Assembly: GCA_031395565.1 (NCBI GenBank) | Contig: JANNUT010000052.1 | Location: 17,882 to 81,881, forward strand | DNA length: 64,000 nt | Source: Acidobacteriota bacterium | GTDB taxonomy: Bacteria > Acidobacteriota > Polarisedimenticolia > J045 | Direction: 5' to 3' | The notes under the pieces: model-generated | What the model saw: the letters and a program-made list of their open reading frames with translations, nothing else | The model's database searches: none | What the model was told of the DNA's origin: nothing | Shown here: positions 43,883 through 53,484 of the stretch, piece after piece | Layout of the letters: every line of letters starts with the position of its first letter | How positions within the stretch are numbered: the first letter of the stretch is position 1 | Translations under genes and position numbers: made by a program

Positions 43883-46800
43883 GCGCTGCGCCTGCGCGAT
43901 TGTGATGGCGGGGTGAGTGGCACGAAGAGCACGACGCGCGTCCCTTTTCCGGGTGTCGAGTGCACTTCTAGCGAACCGCCCATCGCAGTGGCGCGCTGCC
44001 GCATGTTGATCAAGCCGTTCCCCTGACCAACGGCAGTCGCCTCGAACCCTTTCCCGTCATCGGCGATCTGAGCTTGCACGCCTCCATCCTTTCGCTGGAT
44101 GCCGAGCGACAGTGAGTGGGCGCCGGAGTGTTTGACGGCATTGTGAATCGCTTCCTTGCTGATCAAGTACAGCGCACGGCGTGTGTCGGGATTGAGACTC
44201 AGGTCGTCCGCGGCCTCGCTGGGGTCGAGCGTTACCGTCAAGCCTTTCGGCTCCGCCAACTCGGTTGCAAACCAGCGAAGCCGGCCGACGAGATCGCTCA
44301 GCCGATCGCGCTTGGGGTTGATCGACCACACGATGTCACTCATCGAGTCGACCAATTCGCGCGCGACCGTGGCGATCTTGTCGAGCCCTGCTTGTGTATC
44401 GGTGCGGCCCGTGGCGGCTTGGCGTTTGGTCATGTCGCTGAGCAGCGCAATGTGCGTCAAGCTCGCGCCGATCTCGTCGTGAAGGTCACTTGCAATTCTG
44501 CTGCGCAAGCGTTCGACGGCGAGTAACTGCTGGACGCGCTGCCGCACCAGCAATGCAGCGATGCTAGCGATGAGAGCGAGAACGGAGCCGACAAACCACC
44601 AGCGTCGCCAGATCGGGGCAGGCAACGTCCATTGCAGCGTGGCCGGCAAGGAAACGCTCTTGCCGTTCTGACTCGAGGCCCGCACCTGCAGGTCGTAGCG
44701 ACCCGGGGCGAGCTGTGCCAACTGCAGCGCTGGCACAGCGCTCGGTGCGCTCCAATCCTCAGATTCGTTTTGAAATCGGACTTGATAGCGGGCGACGCTC
44801 GAACCGAGCAGCGCTGGCGATGTGAAGTGAAGCTGCAGGTTCTTATCGTCGACGGCGAGGCTGCCAAGCTGCAGCTGTGCAGATCCGGAGAGCGGCAACG
44901 CGATGTCGCGCCCTGCGACCTTCAGCGCACTCAGCACCACTGGACTGGGTTCGATCTCGCGCGGCTCCTTGGGCACCAGCTTGAACAAGCGTCCCAAGCC
45001 GCCGAGCCAGAGTGTGCCGTCGTTGGTGACGAGCATCGTCTTCACGGGCGGCGCGTCCATCCCGAACGATGGGCCGAGATGTTCAATGCGCCCGCTCGCT
45101 GGCGTGAGTCGATCGACTCCGCTGTCCATCGCAAGATAGAGGCGCCCAAAATGATCCTCGGCGATTGCGTAGATGCGGTCCGAGGCAAGTCCTTCGTTTC
45201 GGGTGACAAACACAAAGTTCGGGTGATCGGCTTCGGGATTGTCACAGCGCGCTACACCCAACCCACTGGTGGCGATCCACAATCGCCCCACGCTATCGGT
45301 CAACAGGCGGAGACTCATGCCACGCGTGTTTCCCGGAAGGATCGAATGACGATCCCACGTGCCGCCGCGGCGGCGATAGAGCGTCCCGCCATAAGCCGCT
45401 GCCCAAATCGTGCCGCGCGAGGTTTCGGCGAAGTCGGTGGGCACCGCGTCTTCGGGCACGTCGGCAACACTCGGGGCGTCGAGGCGACGTGTTCGTGGAT
45501 CGTAGCGTCCCATGGTCGGAGCGTTCGTCCCGCGGCTGACCCAGATCCCGCCATCGCGATCCTCGAACAGCGTGAAGATCTGATCCCACCCAGAGTCTTC
45601 GGTGTCGAACACAATGCGCTCGGGTTGAGTCGTGGCAAGCCGCTCGGGGGCGATCGCGGGCCAATGCAGCAAACCCCATTCGCTGCTCAACCAGTACGAT
45701 CCGTCATGCGCGCGAAGCATGGTGCGTGCGCCGGTGTGTGATGGCGGTTCGACCGCGGATGGCCGCGCCGCTTCGAACGGCGCCACCGGTTGGTCTGGTT
45801 TCAACAGATAGCAGTCGTAGTCACGACCGCGAGCGAGCACTCGGCCATCGTCGAGGCTGGCCAAGCTCGTGAATTTGGCATCGCGTACGCCATCGAGTGC
45901 ATCGAAGCTCTCAAACCCTTCGCGAGGCATTGCGGCAAGTCCAGCGGGCGTTCCTATCCATAACGTGTCGTCGCGATCAAACGCCACGGATGTCGCTGTT
46001 CCTGCCGTCAACCCGTTGCGCGTGTCGATCACGCTCCACGTTGACGAGCCGGTCAGTGGCAACGCGGCGGAGGCGACACCGCTGCGCGTGGCGATCAGCA
46101 CGCGCGACGATCCGTCGAACGCAATCGCGTCGATCACCGTACCGTTGTGCCAAGGATCGACCGGCCAACACTGCTCATCCTTGGGCTCGTGGAGCGAGGT
46201 GCGGCAAATCGTCGCCAGCTCGACACCGAACCAGAAGAAACCTTCGCTGTCTGCTGCGATGGTGGTCACCGTTCCGCGCTTGTTTGTCTCCAGGCCCGCG
46301 TCGCGAAACTGCCCGCGTGCGTCGATCGCCACGAACTGACGCACCTCCGGTTTGCGTTGCGCGCCATAAAGCAACAGATCGCCCGTGTGGCCAACCGCGA
46401 GCCGGTTGATCGCAAGGTCAGGCTGCTGAAAAAAGGCCGTGAGCTCGATCTTCGTCATCGCAGCCGGATCGGCGTCCGCCGCGAGTCGATACAACCCGCG
46501 CGATGTCCCGAACCACAAGGTTCCGTCGGGAGACTCGGCGATCGTCATGATGCCGGTGTCGGCAGGAAGCGCTGTGGCGATCGACGCAAACGGCAGCCCC
46601 GTGCTAGGCAGCTGTTCCAGATCGGCGAAGGCCAGTCCGCTCATCGTTCCAACCCAAAGACGTTGGTGTCGATCGATCTTCAAACTCACGACGCGCTCGC
46701 TGGGAAGTCCGTGTTGCTTGCCAAAGTTGACGAACTGCTTGCCGTCGAACCGTGCGAGCCCTTCCGGTGTGGCGATCCAGAGGAAACCGCGCCGGTCTCG

Positions 46801-46935
46801 AGTGGTCGTCCCGATCGAGTTGCTCGGCAACCCATCGACCATCGACCAATGGCTCATCGGCAGGCGTTCGGCGAGCGCCGGTCCGGACAGCAGGAGCAGC
46901 ATGAACACAATCTGGAAGGCGCGTGTGGGCTTCAT
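43879..46935 (-). CDS. Periplasmic two-component-regulator-propeller / Y_Y_Y sensor histidine kinase (HisKA_3)
   Basis: 1018 aa with a signal peptide. Repeated propeller motifs (RGFLWIATPEGLARFDG..., LWVGTMSGL...), one TM helix, H-box RIASDLHDEIGASLTHI and an HATPase_c domain. Overlaps the regulator gene by 4 nt. Confidence 0.85.
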   Translation of the reverse strand: MKPTRAFQIVFMLLLLSGPALAERLPMSHWSMVDGLPSNSIGTTTRDRRGFLWIATPEGLARFDGKQFVNFGKQHGLPSERVVSLKIDRHQRLWVGTMSGLAFADLEQLPSTGLPFASIATALPADTGIMTIAESPDGTLWFGTSRGLYRLAADADPAAMTKIELTAFFQQPDLAINRLAVGHTGDLLLYGAQRKPEVRQFVAIDARGQFRDAGLETNKRGTVTTIAADSEGFFWFGVELATICRTSLHEPKDEQCWPVDPWHNGTVIDAIAFDGSSRVLIATRSGVASAALPLTGSSTWSVIDTRNGLTAGTATSVAFDRDDTLWIGTPAGLAAMPREGFESFDALDGVRDAKFTSLASLDDGRVLARGRDYDCYLLKPDQPVAPFEAARPSAVEPPSHTGARTMLRAHDGSYWLSSEWGLLHWPAIAPERLATTQPERIVFDTEDSGWDQIFTLFEDRDGGIWVSRGTNAPTMGRYDPRTRRLDAPSVADVPEDAVPTDFAETSRGTIWAAAYGGTLYRRRGGTWDRHSILPGNTRGMSLRLLTDSVGRLWIATSGLGVARCDNPEADHPNFVFVTRNEGLASDRIYAIAEDHFGRLYLAMDSGVDRLTPASGRIEHLGPSFGMDAPPVKTMLVTNDGTLWLGGLGRLFKLVPKEPREIEPSPVVLSALKVAGRDIALPLSGSAQLQLGSLAVDDKNLQLHFTSPALLGSSVARYQVRFQNESEDWSAPSAVPALQLAQLAPGRYDLQVRASSQNGKSVSLPATLQWTLPAPIWRRWWFVGSVLALIASIAALLVRQRVQQLLAVERLRSRIASDLHDEIGASLTHIALLSDMTKRQAATGRTDTQAGLDKIATVARELVDSMSDIVWSINPKRDRLSDLVGRLRWFATELAEPKGLTVTLDPSEAADDLSLNPDTRRALYLISKEAIHNAVKHSGAHSLSLGIQRKDGGVQAQIADDGKGFEATAVGQGNGLINMRQRATAMGGSLEVHSTPGKGTRVVLFVPLTPPSQSRRRSA

Positions 46936-47093
46936 GGCCGGCAGAGTGTTCGTCGATCAGGCGGCTCGATCAAGTGGACAAACAGGTTTCCCGCAGATTC
47001 CTACCGATCGCTACGTGGATGCGTAGTGGCTAGACGCCAGGCTCCCCGAATACTCCTGCGCAGCCGGCAAATCCCGCGGCATTGGAGAATCCC

Positions 47094-49199
47094 ATGCGCC
47101 TACGTTCGCTTCTGCTCGTCTCATCGGTCGGTATCACTGCAGCGCTGGCGGCTGCCCCACCGGCACTGGTCAACTATCAGGGCGTGTTGCGCGGGTCGAA
47201 CGATGCGCCACTGACGGGCAGCTACGACATCACCTTCACATTCTTCGATGCTCTCACCGCCGGAGCGGAGATCATGATCGACGCGCACCGCGCGGCCGAG
47301 TCGAATGCGGTTTCAGTGAGCGGTGGCTTGTTCAACACGCAACTCGGCGGAGGCGTCGTTACCGATGGGAGCGGCGCGGGCACCTACACCAGCCTGTCGC
47401 AGGTGTTCCGCGACTACAGCGCGGTCTACATACAGATCAAGGTCGGAACGGAAACGCTGAGTCCACGAACTCGCATCGCCTCTGCGGCGTACGCGCAGAA
47501 CGCACAGATCGCACAAGATTCGAATGCACTGAGCGGACGTACGGCAAGTCAGTTCCTGGACACAAGCAGCGCCCTTCAGTCAAAAACTGGACAGCTCGAT
47601 CTCGGGTCGGCCTCGCTTCAAAGCCGCGCTCTGTTCGTCGAGAATGGCAATGCAGACTCTGCGGCAATTTTTTCCAGTGCGAGTGCTGGAACCCTTGTGG
47701 AGCTTGCAGGAACTTCTTACGCCGCGAAGTTCGTGTCGAATAGTAGCGCTTTTGGGGTCTACGCGACGTCTGCAAGCGGCACTGCGGTTTACGGGGCGTC
47801 TCAAAGCGGCGTTGGCGTTCGGGCCAGTAGTTCGAGTGACTACGGCGTAGAAGCGAGCGGCGGTGTTGGGGGCGGCAAGTTCACGGCAGCCAACGACTCA
47901 TCCTTCGCTCAACTCGGACGTACTTCTGGCACTGGGGTCGTCGGCGTAGGCAGCTTCGCGGGAGGAGAGTTCCAACAGCTAGGGAGCAATGCCTATGCGA
48001 GGCTCGCATTCGGCCGGACTGGTGTCGCTGCATACGCGAACGCTCCCGGCGAGAACCCTGGTTGGTTTCAAGATTTCACCGCCGGAAGCTCCACGACGGT
48101 GGGACAGGCGGGCTACAAGGTCCAAGGCAACGGCGCCGTTAGCTTCGTGCAGAACGATCCCGACGATGCATCGCGCGTCATCGTTTACGCGGCGCCCGAG
48201 GGGGATGAGGTTGCGGTCTACACGCGCGGCTCGGCCAAACTCGTCAACGGTGAGGCGCGTGTGGTTCTCGGCCCGACGTTTCGAAAGGTCGCGAATCCAG
48301 ACCTGGGCATAACAGCGCAGCTGACGCCGATCGGCGCATGGTCTGATCTCTATGTAGTGTCGAAGTCGACCGAAGAACTGATCGTTCGCAGCCGCGACTC
48401 GAAACCGAACGATGTCAGCTTCGACTATCAGGTCTGGGCACTTCGCATCGGCTTCGAGGACAAGGCGATCGTGCAGCCTAAACAACACGAGTCATTCATA
48501 CCGTCGCGGTCGTCCGACGACGCGATCTACGCCGCACATCCGGAGCTTCGCAGTTTCGCTGCCCGGCAGCGCCATTCGGTGGAGCGCGCACACCTTCAGC
48601 CTTTGGAAAAAGCTGTCGACACACAGCGTTCGCTCACACTCGAGAAAGCCATTGGGGTCTACGACAAGGCGCGAGATTTCGCGAAAGTAGCGCCACCCGA
48701 CTTCGACCCGGCGATCGAGCGAGACCGCGGCGCGCAGCGACGCGAATCACAACCGGTGACTGACAAACCGGCAGCAAGTGTAGAAACTGCTGTAGCAAGG
48801 CCTGAGACAGTCATCGAACAACCGCTACCAACCAGCAGTCAGCTGGTCGCGATTGGGGAGAGTGTCGAGGCCGGCGATCTGCTTGCGATCACTGTCGACG
48901 GCAGACTGCTTCGCAGTTCGCTCGCGGGTGATGCGCTGGTGTACGGGATCGTGGCAGGGGCACCCGGGCAACGCTTCTCAGAGCAGGCGCCGGTTGCTTT
49001 CGCGGGCGTCGCGACGTTGTGCCACGTCGATGCGAGCACAGCGCCGATCGCCGTGGGTGACCTGCTCGTCGCTTCGCCGCTGCTTGGCTACGCAATGAAA
49101 GCGCAGGAAGGCGCGCGCGCGGGCACCGTCGTCGCCAAGGCGCTTGAAACTCTTTCCAGCGGCAGCGGCACGATTCGCGTGCTCGTGATGTCTCGATGA
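47094..49199 (+). CDS. Large secreted repetitive protein with a tail-fibre-like N-terminus
   Basis: GGAGA RBS before the ATG at 47094, with a signal peptide. VNYQGVLRGSNDAPLTGSYDITFTFFDA...VSVSGGLFNTQLGGG...LSPRTRIASAAYA. A central Ser/Gly/Ala repeat region (A.S.SG.GVYG/VRA...). Confidence 0.6.
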   Translation: MRLRSLLLVSSVGITAALAAAPPALVNYQGVLRGSNDAPLTGSYDITFTFFDALTAGAEIMIDAHRAAESNAVSVSGGLFNTQLGGGVVTDGSGAGTYTSLSQVFRDYSAVYIQIKVGTETLSPRTRIASAAYAQNAQIAQDSNALSGRTASQFLDTSSALQSKTGQLDLGSASLQSRALFVENGNADSAAIFSSASAGTLVELAGTSYAAKFVSNSSAFGVYATSASGTAVYGASQSGVGVRASSSSDYGVEASGGVGGGKFTAANDSSFAQLGRTSGTGVVGVGSFAGGEFQQLGSNAYARLAFGRTGVAAYANAPGENPGWFQDFTAGSSTTVGQAGYKVQGNGAVSFVQNDPDDASRVIVYAAPEGDEVAVYTRGSAKLVNGEARVVLGPTFRKVANPDLGITAQLTPIGAWSDLYVVSKSTEELIVRSRDSKPNDVSFDYQVWALRIGFEDKAIVQPKQHESFIPSRSSDDAIYAAHPELRSFAARQRHSVERAHLQPLEKAVDTQRSLTLEKAIGVYDKARDFAKVAPPDFDPAIERDRGAQRRESQPVTDKPAASVETAVARPETVIEQPLPTSSQLVAIGESVEAGDLLAITVDGRLLRSSLAGDALVYGIVAGAPGQRFSEQAPVAFAGVATLCHVDASTAPIAVGDLLVASPLLGYAMKAQEGARAGTVVAKALETLSSGSGTIRVLVMSR

Positions 49200-49207
49200 G
49201 GTGTGCG

Positions 49208-49759
49208 ATGAAGCGACGACACGCACTGTTGGTTGCGATGGTAACTGTTGCGGCCGCCCTAACGACGGCCTCGGCTCAGACCAGCGCAAGCTTCAAGCTG
49301 CAAGAATCGGTCATCAACGGCGGCGGCAATCCACTGCAAGGCAGCCAGCTGAGTTCGGCGAGCTACCGGGTCAAACTCGACTCTATCGGCGAGGCAGCCG
49401 TCGGGGTTGGCGCGTCGAGCAGCTCGTATCGCATGGACAGCGCGTTTGTCTCAGCGTACCCGCCGCCCGGCGAGACGCTCGGCTTGCGGTTCTCCAACAA
49501 GACCACGCTGGTGTGGAATCCGGAGAAATCGATCGGCAAGTACGAGCTGTATCGCGGTGCGATCTCGTCGCTGCCTGGTACATGGGGCGCGTGCTTTGCC
49601 GCGAACCTCGCCAACGCCACCTCCACGGACTCGCAGCTTCCGAGCCTCGGCACCGGCTACTTCTATCTCGTGACAGCGCGCAATCGATTGAGCGAGGAAG
49701 GAACCAAAGGCAAGCGGTCCAACGGTTCCACGCGGACCAACACCAATCCTTGCCCCTGA
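49208..49759 (+). CDS. Secreted protein with a C-terminal FN3-like module
   Basis: Signal peptide MKRRHALLVAMVTVAAALTTASA. C-terminus LVWNPEKSIGKYELYRG...GTGYFYLVTARN. An alternative ATG at 49196 overlaps the upstream stop. Confidence 0.5.
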   Translation: MKRRHALLVAMVTVAAALTTASAQTSASFKLQESVINGGGNPLQGSQLSSASYRVKLDSIGEAAVGVGASSSSYRMDSAFVSAYPPPGETLGLRFSNKTTLVWNPEKSIGKYELYRGAISSLPGTWGACFAANLANATSTDSQLPSLGTGYFYLVTARNRLSEEGTKGKRSNGSTRTNTNPCP

Positions 49760-49873
49760 TTCCAAGACTGCACTCACGACTCTCGGGGCTCATGCCCGGC
49801 AATTGAGGGACAGAATTCGACGAACCTGCGGATTCGACAGATACTCCCGCGTCACGTCCCAGGAGAAATCCGA

Positions 49874-50416
49874 ATGAAACTCATCCTCACCCTGTGCACG
49901 ATGCTCGTTTTGGCCGTTACCAGCAGTGTCGCCGCGGAGAATGTCATGTCCTTATACGACCTCACCACCAACAGTCTCGATGGCAAGCCCGTAAAGCTCG
50001 CTGACTACAAAGGGAAGGTGCTCGTCATCGTCAATACAGCCTCGGAGTGCGGATACACACCGCAATACGCCGGCCTGCAGAAGCTCTACGATGGGTATCG
50101 CGACAAGGGAGTCGTCGTACTCGGTTTCCCCTCGAACGACTTTGGCGGCCAAGAACCGGGCACCCCCGCGCAGATCAAGACGTTCTGCGAAACCAAGTTC
50201 CACGTGCAGTTCCCAATGTTCGAGAAGGTCAAGACCAGCGGGGATGGACAATCGCCGGTGTATCGCTTCCTGACCGCCAAACACGCCGCACCGAAGTGGA
50301 ACTTCCACAAGTACGTGGTGGGCAAGGATGGCCAGGTCGTGGCGGCCTTCCCGAGCTCCGTGGTGCCCGAGAGTGCGGAACTGAAGGGCGCTATCGAGAC
50401 GGCACTCAAGTCATAG
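49874..50416 (+). CDS. Glutathione peroxidase (Cys-type), secreted
   Basis: 180 aa. LVIVNTASECGYTPQY...LGFPSNDFGGQEPG...WNFHKYVV. The catalytic residue is encoded by TGC. Confidence 0.9.
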   Translation: MKLILTLCTMLVLAVTSSVAAENVMSLYDLTTNSLDGKPVKLADYKGKVLVIVNTASECGYTPQYAGLQKLYDGYRDKGVVVLGFPSNDFGGQEPGTPAQIKTFCETKFHVQFPMFEKVKTSGDGQSPVYRFLTAKHAAPKWNFHKYVVGKDGQVVAAFPSSVVPESAELKGAIETALKS

Positions 50417-50442
50417 CGCGGGCTTGTAGCCAACCAATAACG

Positions 50443-52014
50443 CTAAAGCAGCCCATCGATCGGGAGCCACCCTAGCATGTGGACCAGCACGCGCAGCGCG
50501 AAGCTGGTCTGAGGCTCCTGGTCGTGCGTGACTTCCGGGGTGTCGATCCATTGCAGACGCCCTTGTTTGGAAAGCGTCACTTCGTACGCGAACGTCGGCG
50601 AAATTTGATCAAGGGCGACAGCAAGTTGTCCCGCCATCGTTGGGCTATCGATCACCAATCCCATTTCTGTGTTGAGGATGATCGAGCGCGGGTCGATGTT
50701 CAACGAGCCCACGAAGATCCGTTGTCGATCGACCGAAATCGTCTTGGCGTGGAGGCTCGCGCGCGAACTGCCGGTCACTCGAGCTCTCCGGAAAAAGGTC
50801 AGCTCACCGGTAGGTTTCAACTCGTAAAGACGCACGCCTGCGCGCAGTAGTGACTTGCGGTGCTTGGCGTAGCCAGCGTGAACCGCGGGGACATCGGTGG
50901 CCGCGAGCGAGTTGGTCAGCACTCGGACACGCACGCCGCGCTTGGCCAAGGCGCCGAGTTCTTTGGTAGCCCGCCGGCTCGGCACGAAATAGGCCGACAC
51001 GATATCCAGTTGCTGTGAGGGCTGGCCGAGTATCGCGACCAGATTGGGAAGCATCCGCGAGTCGCGTCGACCTTTGGGCCGTAGGACCTTCTCGGGCGCG
51101 TCGGCGACAAGTTCTGCTTTGGTCCACTCGAACGGCACTTGGCCCTTCAAGAGATCCTGAATCAGCGGCAGCCTCGCGATCGCAGAGGTGTACTTCGCGG
51201 ACGAGGCGCTGTTGGTAATAGCCTGTGTTTTCTCGCTGAATTCTCGCAACGTCATCGGGGTTGTCTTGACGAGGGCTGTCGACGCCGGAACCGCGGATCC
51301 GAAATTCCAATAGCGGTCGAATGACTCAGAGACAGCACCCACCACTTCACCGACGGCCAGCACATCGAGGTCGGAGAAACTGGTGTCCTGCCCAGCCGCG
51401 AAGTACTCATCACCAATGTTGCGGCCGCCGACGATCGTCGACTGAGCGTCGATCGTGAAAGACTTATTGTGCATTCGCCGATTGAGCCGGTTGAACTCGA
51501 ACACGTAGCCGAGCCAACGGAAGTGGCGATGCTTGAATGGATTGAAGAGTCGAACTTCGATGTTGGGATGAGCATCGAGCATCGCCAAGATTGGGTCGAG
51601 TCCCGCCGTGCCGTTGTCGTCGATCAGCAGGCGAACCTGCACGCCGCGCTCGGCGGCTCGGCGCACTTGCTCGAACATCAGCGTACCTGTGGAATCGGCG
51701 CGCCAGATATAGGTTTGGATATCGAGTGCGCGCGTCGCCGCCTCGATCAGCAGCATGCGGGCCGCGAACGCCTCGCGACCATCAGCGAGTGCCACCACGC
51801 CTGCTTGCCCTGGATGGAGTTGCACCAGCGAGGCCATCGCTTGACCGATAGGGGTCGTCGCCGTGTCCTGCAGGGCATGCGATAGGGGGCGATCCGCGAC
51901 GCTCGTCTCAGCCGTTGTTTGCGCAGACAACGAGGTGGTGAGCAATGCGGTAAGCAGAGCGACAACTGCAAGATGTTTGCGGCAGCCTCGGGCCGCGCCT
52001 GAGTCGCGTTTCAT
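50443..52014 (-). CDS. Phospholipase D / cardiolipin-synthase-like protein (two HKD motifs)
   Basis: 523 aa with a signal peptide. The two HKD motifs are RRMHNKSFTIDAQSTIVGGRNIGDEY and SLHAKTISVDRQRIFVGSLNIDPRS. Confidence 0.85.
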   Translation of the reverse strand: MKRDSGAARGCRKHLAVVALLTALLTTSLSAQTTAETSVADRPLSHALQDTATTPIGQAMASLVQLHPGQAGVVALADGREAFAARMLLIEAATRALDIQTYIWRADSTGTLMFEQVRRAAERGVQVRLLIDDNGTAGLDPILAMLDAHPNIEVRLFNPFKHRHFRWLGYVFEFNRLNRRMHNKSFTIDAQSTIVGGRNIGDEYFAAGQDTSFSDLDVLAVGEVVGAVSESFDRYWNFGSAVPASTALVKTTPMTLREFSEKTQAITNSASSAKYTSAIARLPLIQDLLKGQVPFEWTKAELVADAPEKVLRPKGRRDSRMLPNLVAILGQPSQQLDIVSAYFVPSRRATKELGALAKRGVRVRVLTNSLAATDVPAVHAGYAKHRKSLLRAGVRLYELKPTGELTFFRRARVTGSSRASLHAKTISVDRQRIFVGSLNIDPRSIILNTEMGLVIDSPTMAGQLAVALDQISPTFAYEVTLSKQGRLQWIDTPEVTHDQEPQTSFALRVLVHMLGWLPIDGLL

Positions 52015-52732
52015 CGTTCGTTTCCGGCGGCCATCATCTCACCGACGCCCGATTGCACCGCCGCTCAGACTTTGGCGCCGGTCGCAGATCGCGCGGCACC
52101 CCGGATGGTGTTGAGGAATCGGTCGGGCCTCGTCGTCCGTTTCCGATCGCAGCGCCGTCGGCTTTGGCGTGAACGGTTACGCCAAACGGCGATTTATTGA
52201 TCGACTTGAACGAAGCCGAGAGGCGAATTGGCTCATAGCGCGGGGTCGGCCCCCTCGAATCCCACCGGCCGCGGCGAGCCCTTCGGCCCCCTCGCTCCCC
52301 CTTGCGCGGCGAGCCACGAGCGATCCATCAGTCGGCCAGCAGAACTGACGATACAGGGTGCTAACTCCTGGAACCCCCTGACCGGTAGGGGTTTCGGCGG
52401 ATCGGGGCGTTTCGAAACAAGCTCCGGATTGAACGCTGGCTTGGCTCGACGGCCAGAAAACCCTCGTGTTCTCAATCGGTTGAACACACCCCGGATCAAA
52501 AATCCCCTATCCAAAGTCGCTTGCGGCCGACAAACTTCTGGTTAGAATCCCCAACGCTTACCGCCAAACGGAACCCGAAAAACGGGGACATCCGAGGGGC
52601 TTGCAGCCAAGCCGGGCCTGTGACGAGAATGTCCGCCCGCCGAGGAATCGTTCCCGGAGCGGATTGGTTCCGCGCTTTGCCACCCATAGCCCACCAGGGA
52701 GTCGAGTGGAGATTTCCCGGAGGAAATTCGAG

Positions 52733-53338
52733 ATGCGTATGAAGAACATTCTGTATGTCAGCGTTGTATCCGTGGCCATTCTGGCAATGACCGCATGTTC
52801 CAAGCCGCCGGAGGAGTTGATCAAGGCGACCGGCGATGCGCTCAGCGCCGCCAAGACCGCTCAGGCCGATTTGTATGCCGGAGATGCTCTGGCCAAGGCA
52901 CAGGCCCTCATGAACGAGGCCGATGCTCTGAAGAAGGCCCAAGACGACAAGTTCGCGTTGTTCCGCTCCTACAAGGACGTCCAGGCCAAGTTTGAAGAGG
53001 CCAAGACGGCGTTCGCGGCAGCGCAAACGGCAGCCGTTGAGGGCAAGGCCCAAAAGAAGGCCGAAGCCGAGACCAAGGTGCAAGAAGCAACCACCGCTCT
53101 CGATGCCGCCGAAGCAGCGCTGAAGACGGCCCCGAAGAGCAAGGACACCAAGGCTGATCTCGAGGCGTTCGCCAACGACATCATGACCTACCGTCAGACC
53201 CTGGCAGAAGCGCAGGCCGGTCTGGCCTCCGAGGACTACCTCGGAACCATCAACAAGGCCGACAGCGTCAACCAGAAGGCGGCCGAGATTGCTGCGCAGG
53301 TTCAAGCGGCGATCGATAAGGTCAAGGGCAAGAAGTAA
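52733..53338 (+). CDS. Helical Ala/Lys-rich lipoprotein (DUF4398-like)
   Basis: GGAGGA RBS and lipobox LAMTAC. The mature part is an all-helical coiled-coil-like sequence. Confidence 0.65.
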   Translation: MRMKNILYVSVVSVAILAMTACSKPPEELIKATGDALSAAKTAQADLYAGDALAKAQALMNEADALKKAQDDKFALFRSYKDVQAKFEEAKTAFAAAQTAAVEGKAQKKAEAETKVQEATTALDAAEAALKTAPKSKDTKADLEAFANDIMTYRQTLAEAQAGLASEDYLGTINKADSVNQKAAEIAAQVQAAIDKVKGKK

Positions 53339-53362
53339 CCCTTTTCCGGTGTCTCCACTGAC

Positions 53363-53396
53363 GCGGCCGCAACCACCAGTTGCGGCCGCGTTTTTG
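53363..53396 (+). terminator. Rho-independent terminator
   Basis: GCGGCCGCAAC-cacca-GTTGCGGCCGC followed by GTTTTTG. Confidence 0.8.
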
Positions 53397-53484
53397 TGAT
53401 GACAAGTTGATGCCATGGAGCGAGGTCAGCGGACCCGCTTCATGGACAACCCGGAACCAACAGTTCCGCCGAGAAACGGATCAC

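Noticed and set aside
44632-47214. 369-aa and 355-aa plus-strand ORFs (44632-45741, 46147-47214)
   Set aside because: Both are antisense to the 1018-aa propeller histidine kinase, whose domain architecture is coherent end to end.
49874-50416. Selenocysteine-type glutathione peroxidase
   Set aside because: The catalytic position in NTASECGYT is encoded by TGC (Cys), not TGA. There is no in-frame TGA and no SECIS-like need.
52228-52545. SRP RNA, RNase P RNA, 6S RNA or a riboswitch in the long intergenic region
   Set aside because: I could not find the conserved cores, such as the SRP GGAA/AGCA helix-8 motif or the RNase P GAGGAAAGUCC. The two ~100-aa ORFs there (52228-52545 plus strand, 52233-52514 minus strand) mirror each other and lack an RBS. 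The region was left as unexplained non-coding DNA.
52496-53416. 306-aa minus-strand ORF
   Set aside because: It is antisense to the lipoprotein gene 52733-53338, which has an RBS, a lipobox and a terminator. The ORF is a Gly/Leu/Arg-rich mirror of an Ala/Lys-rich coiled coil.
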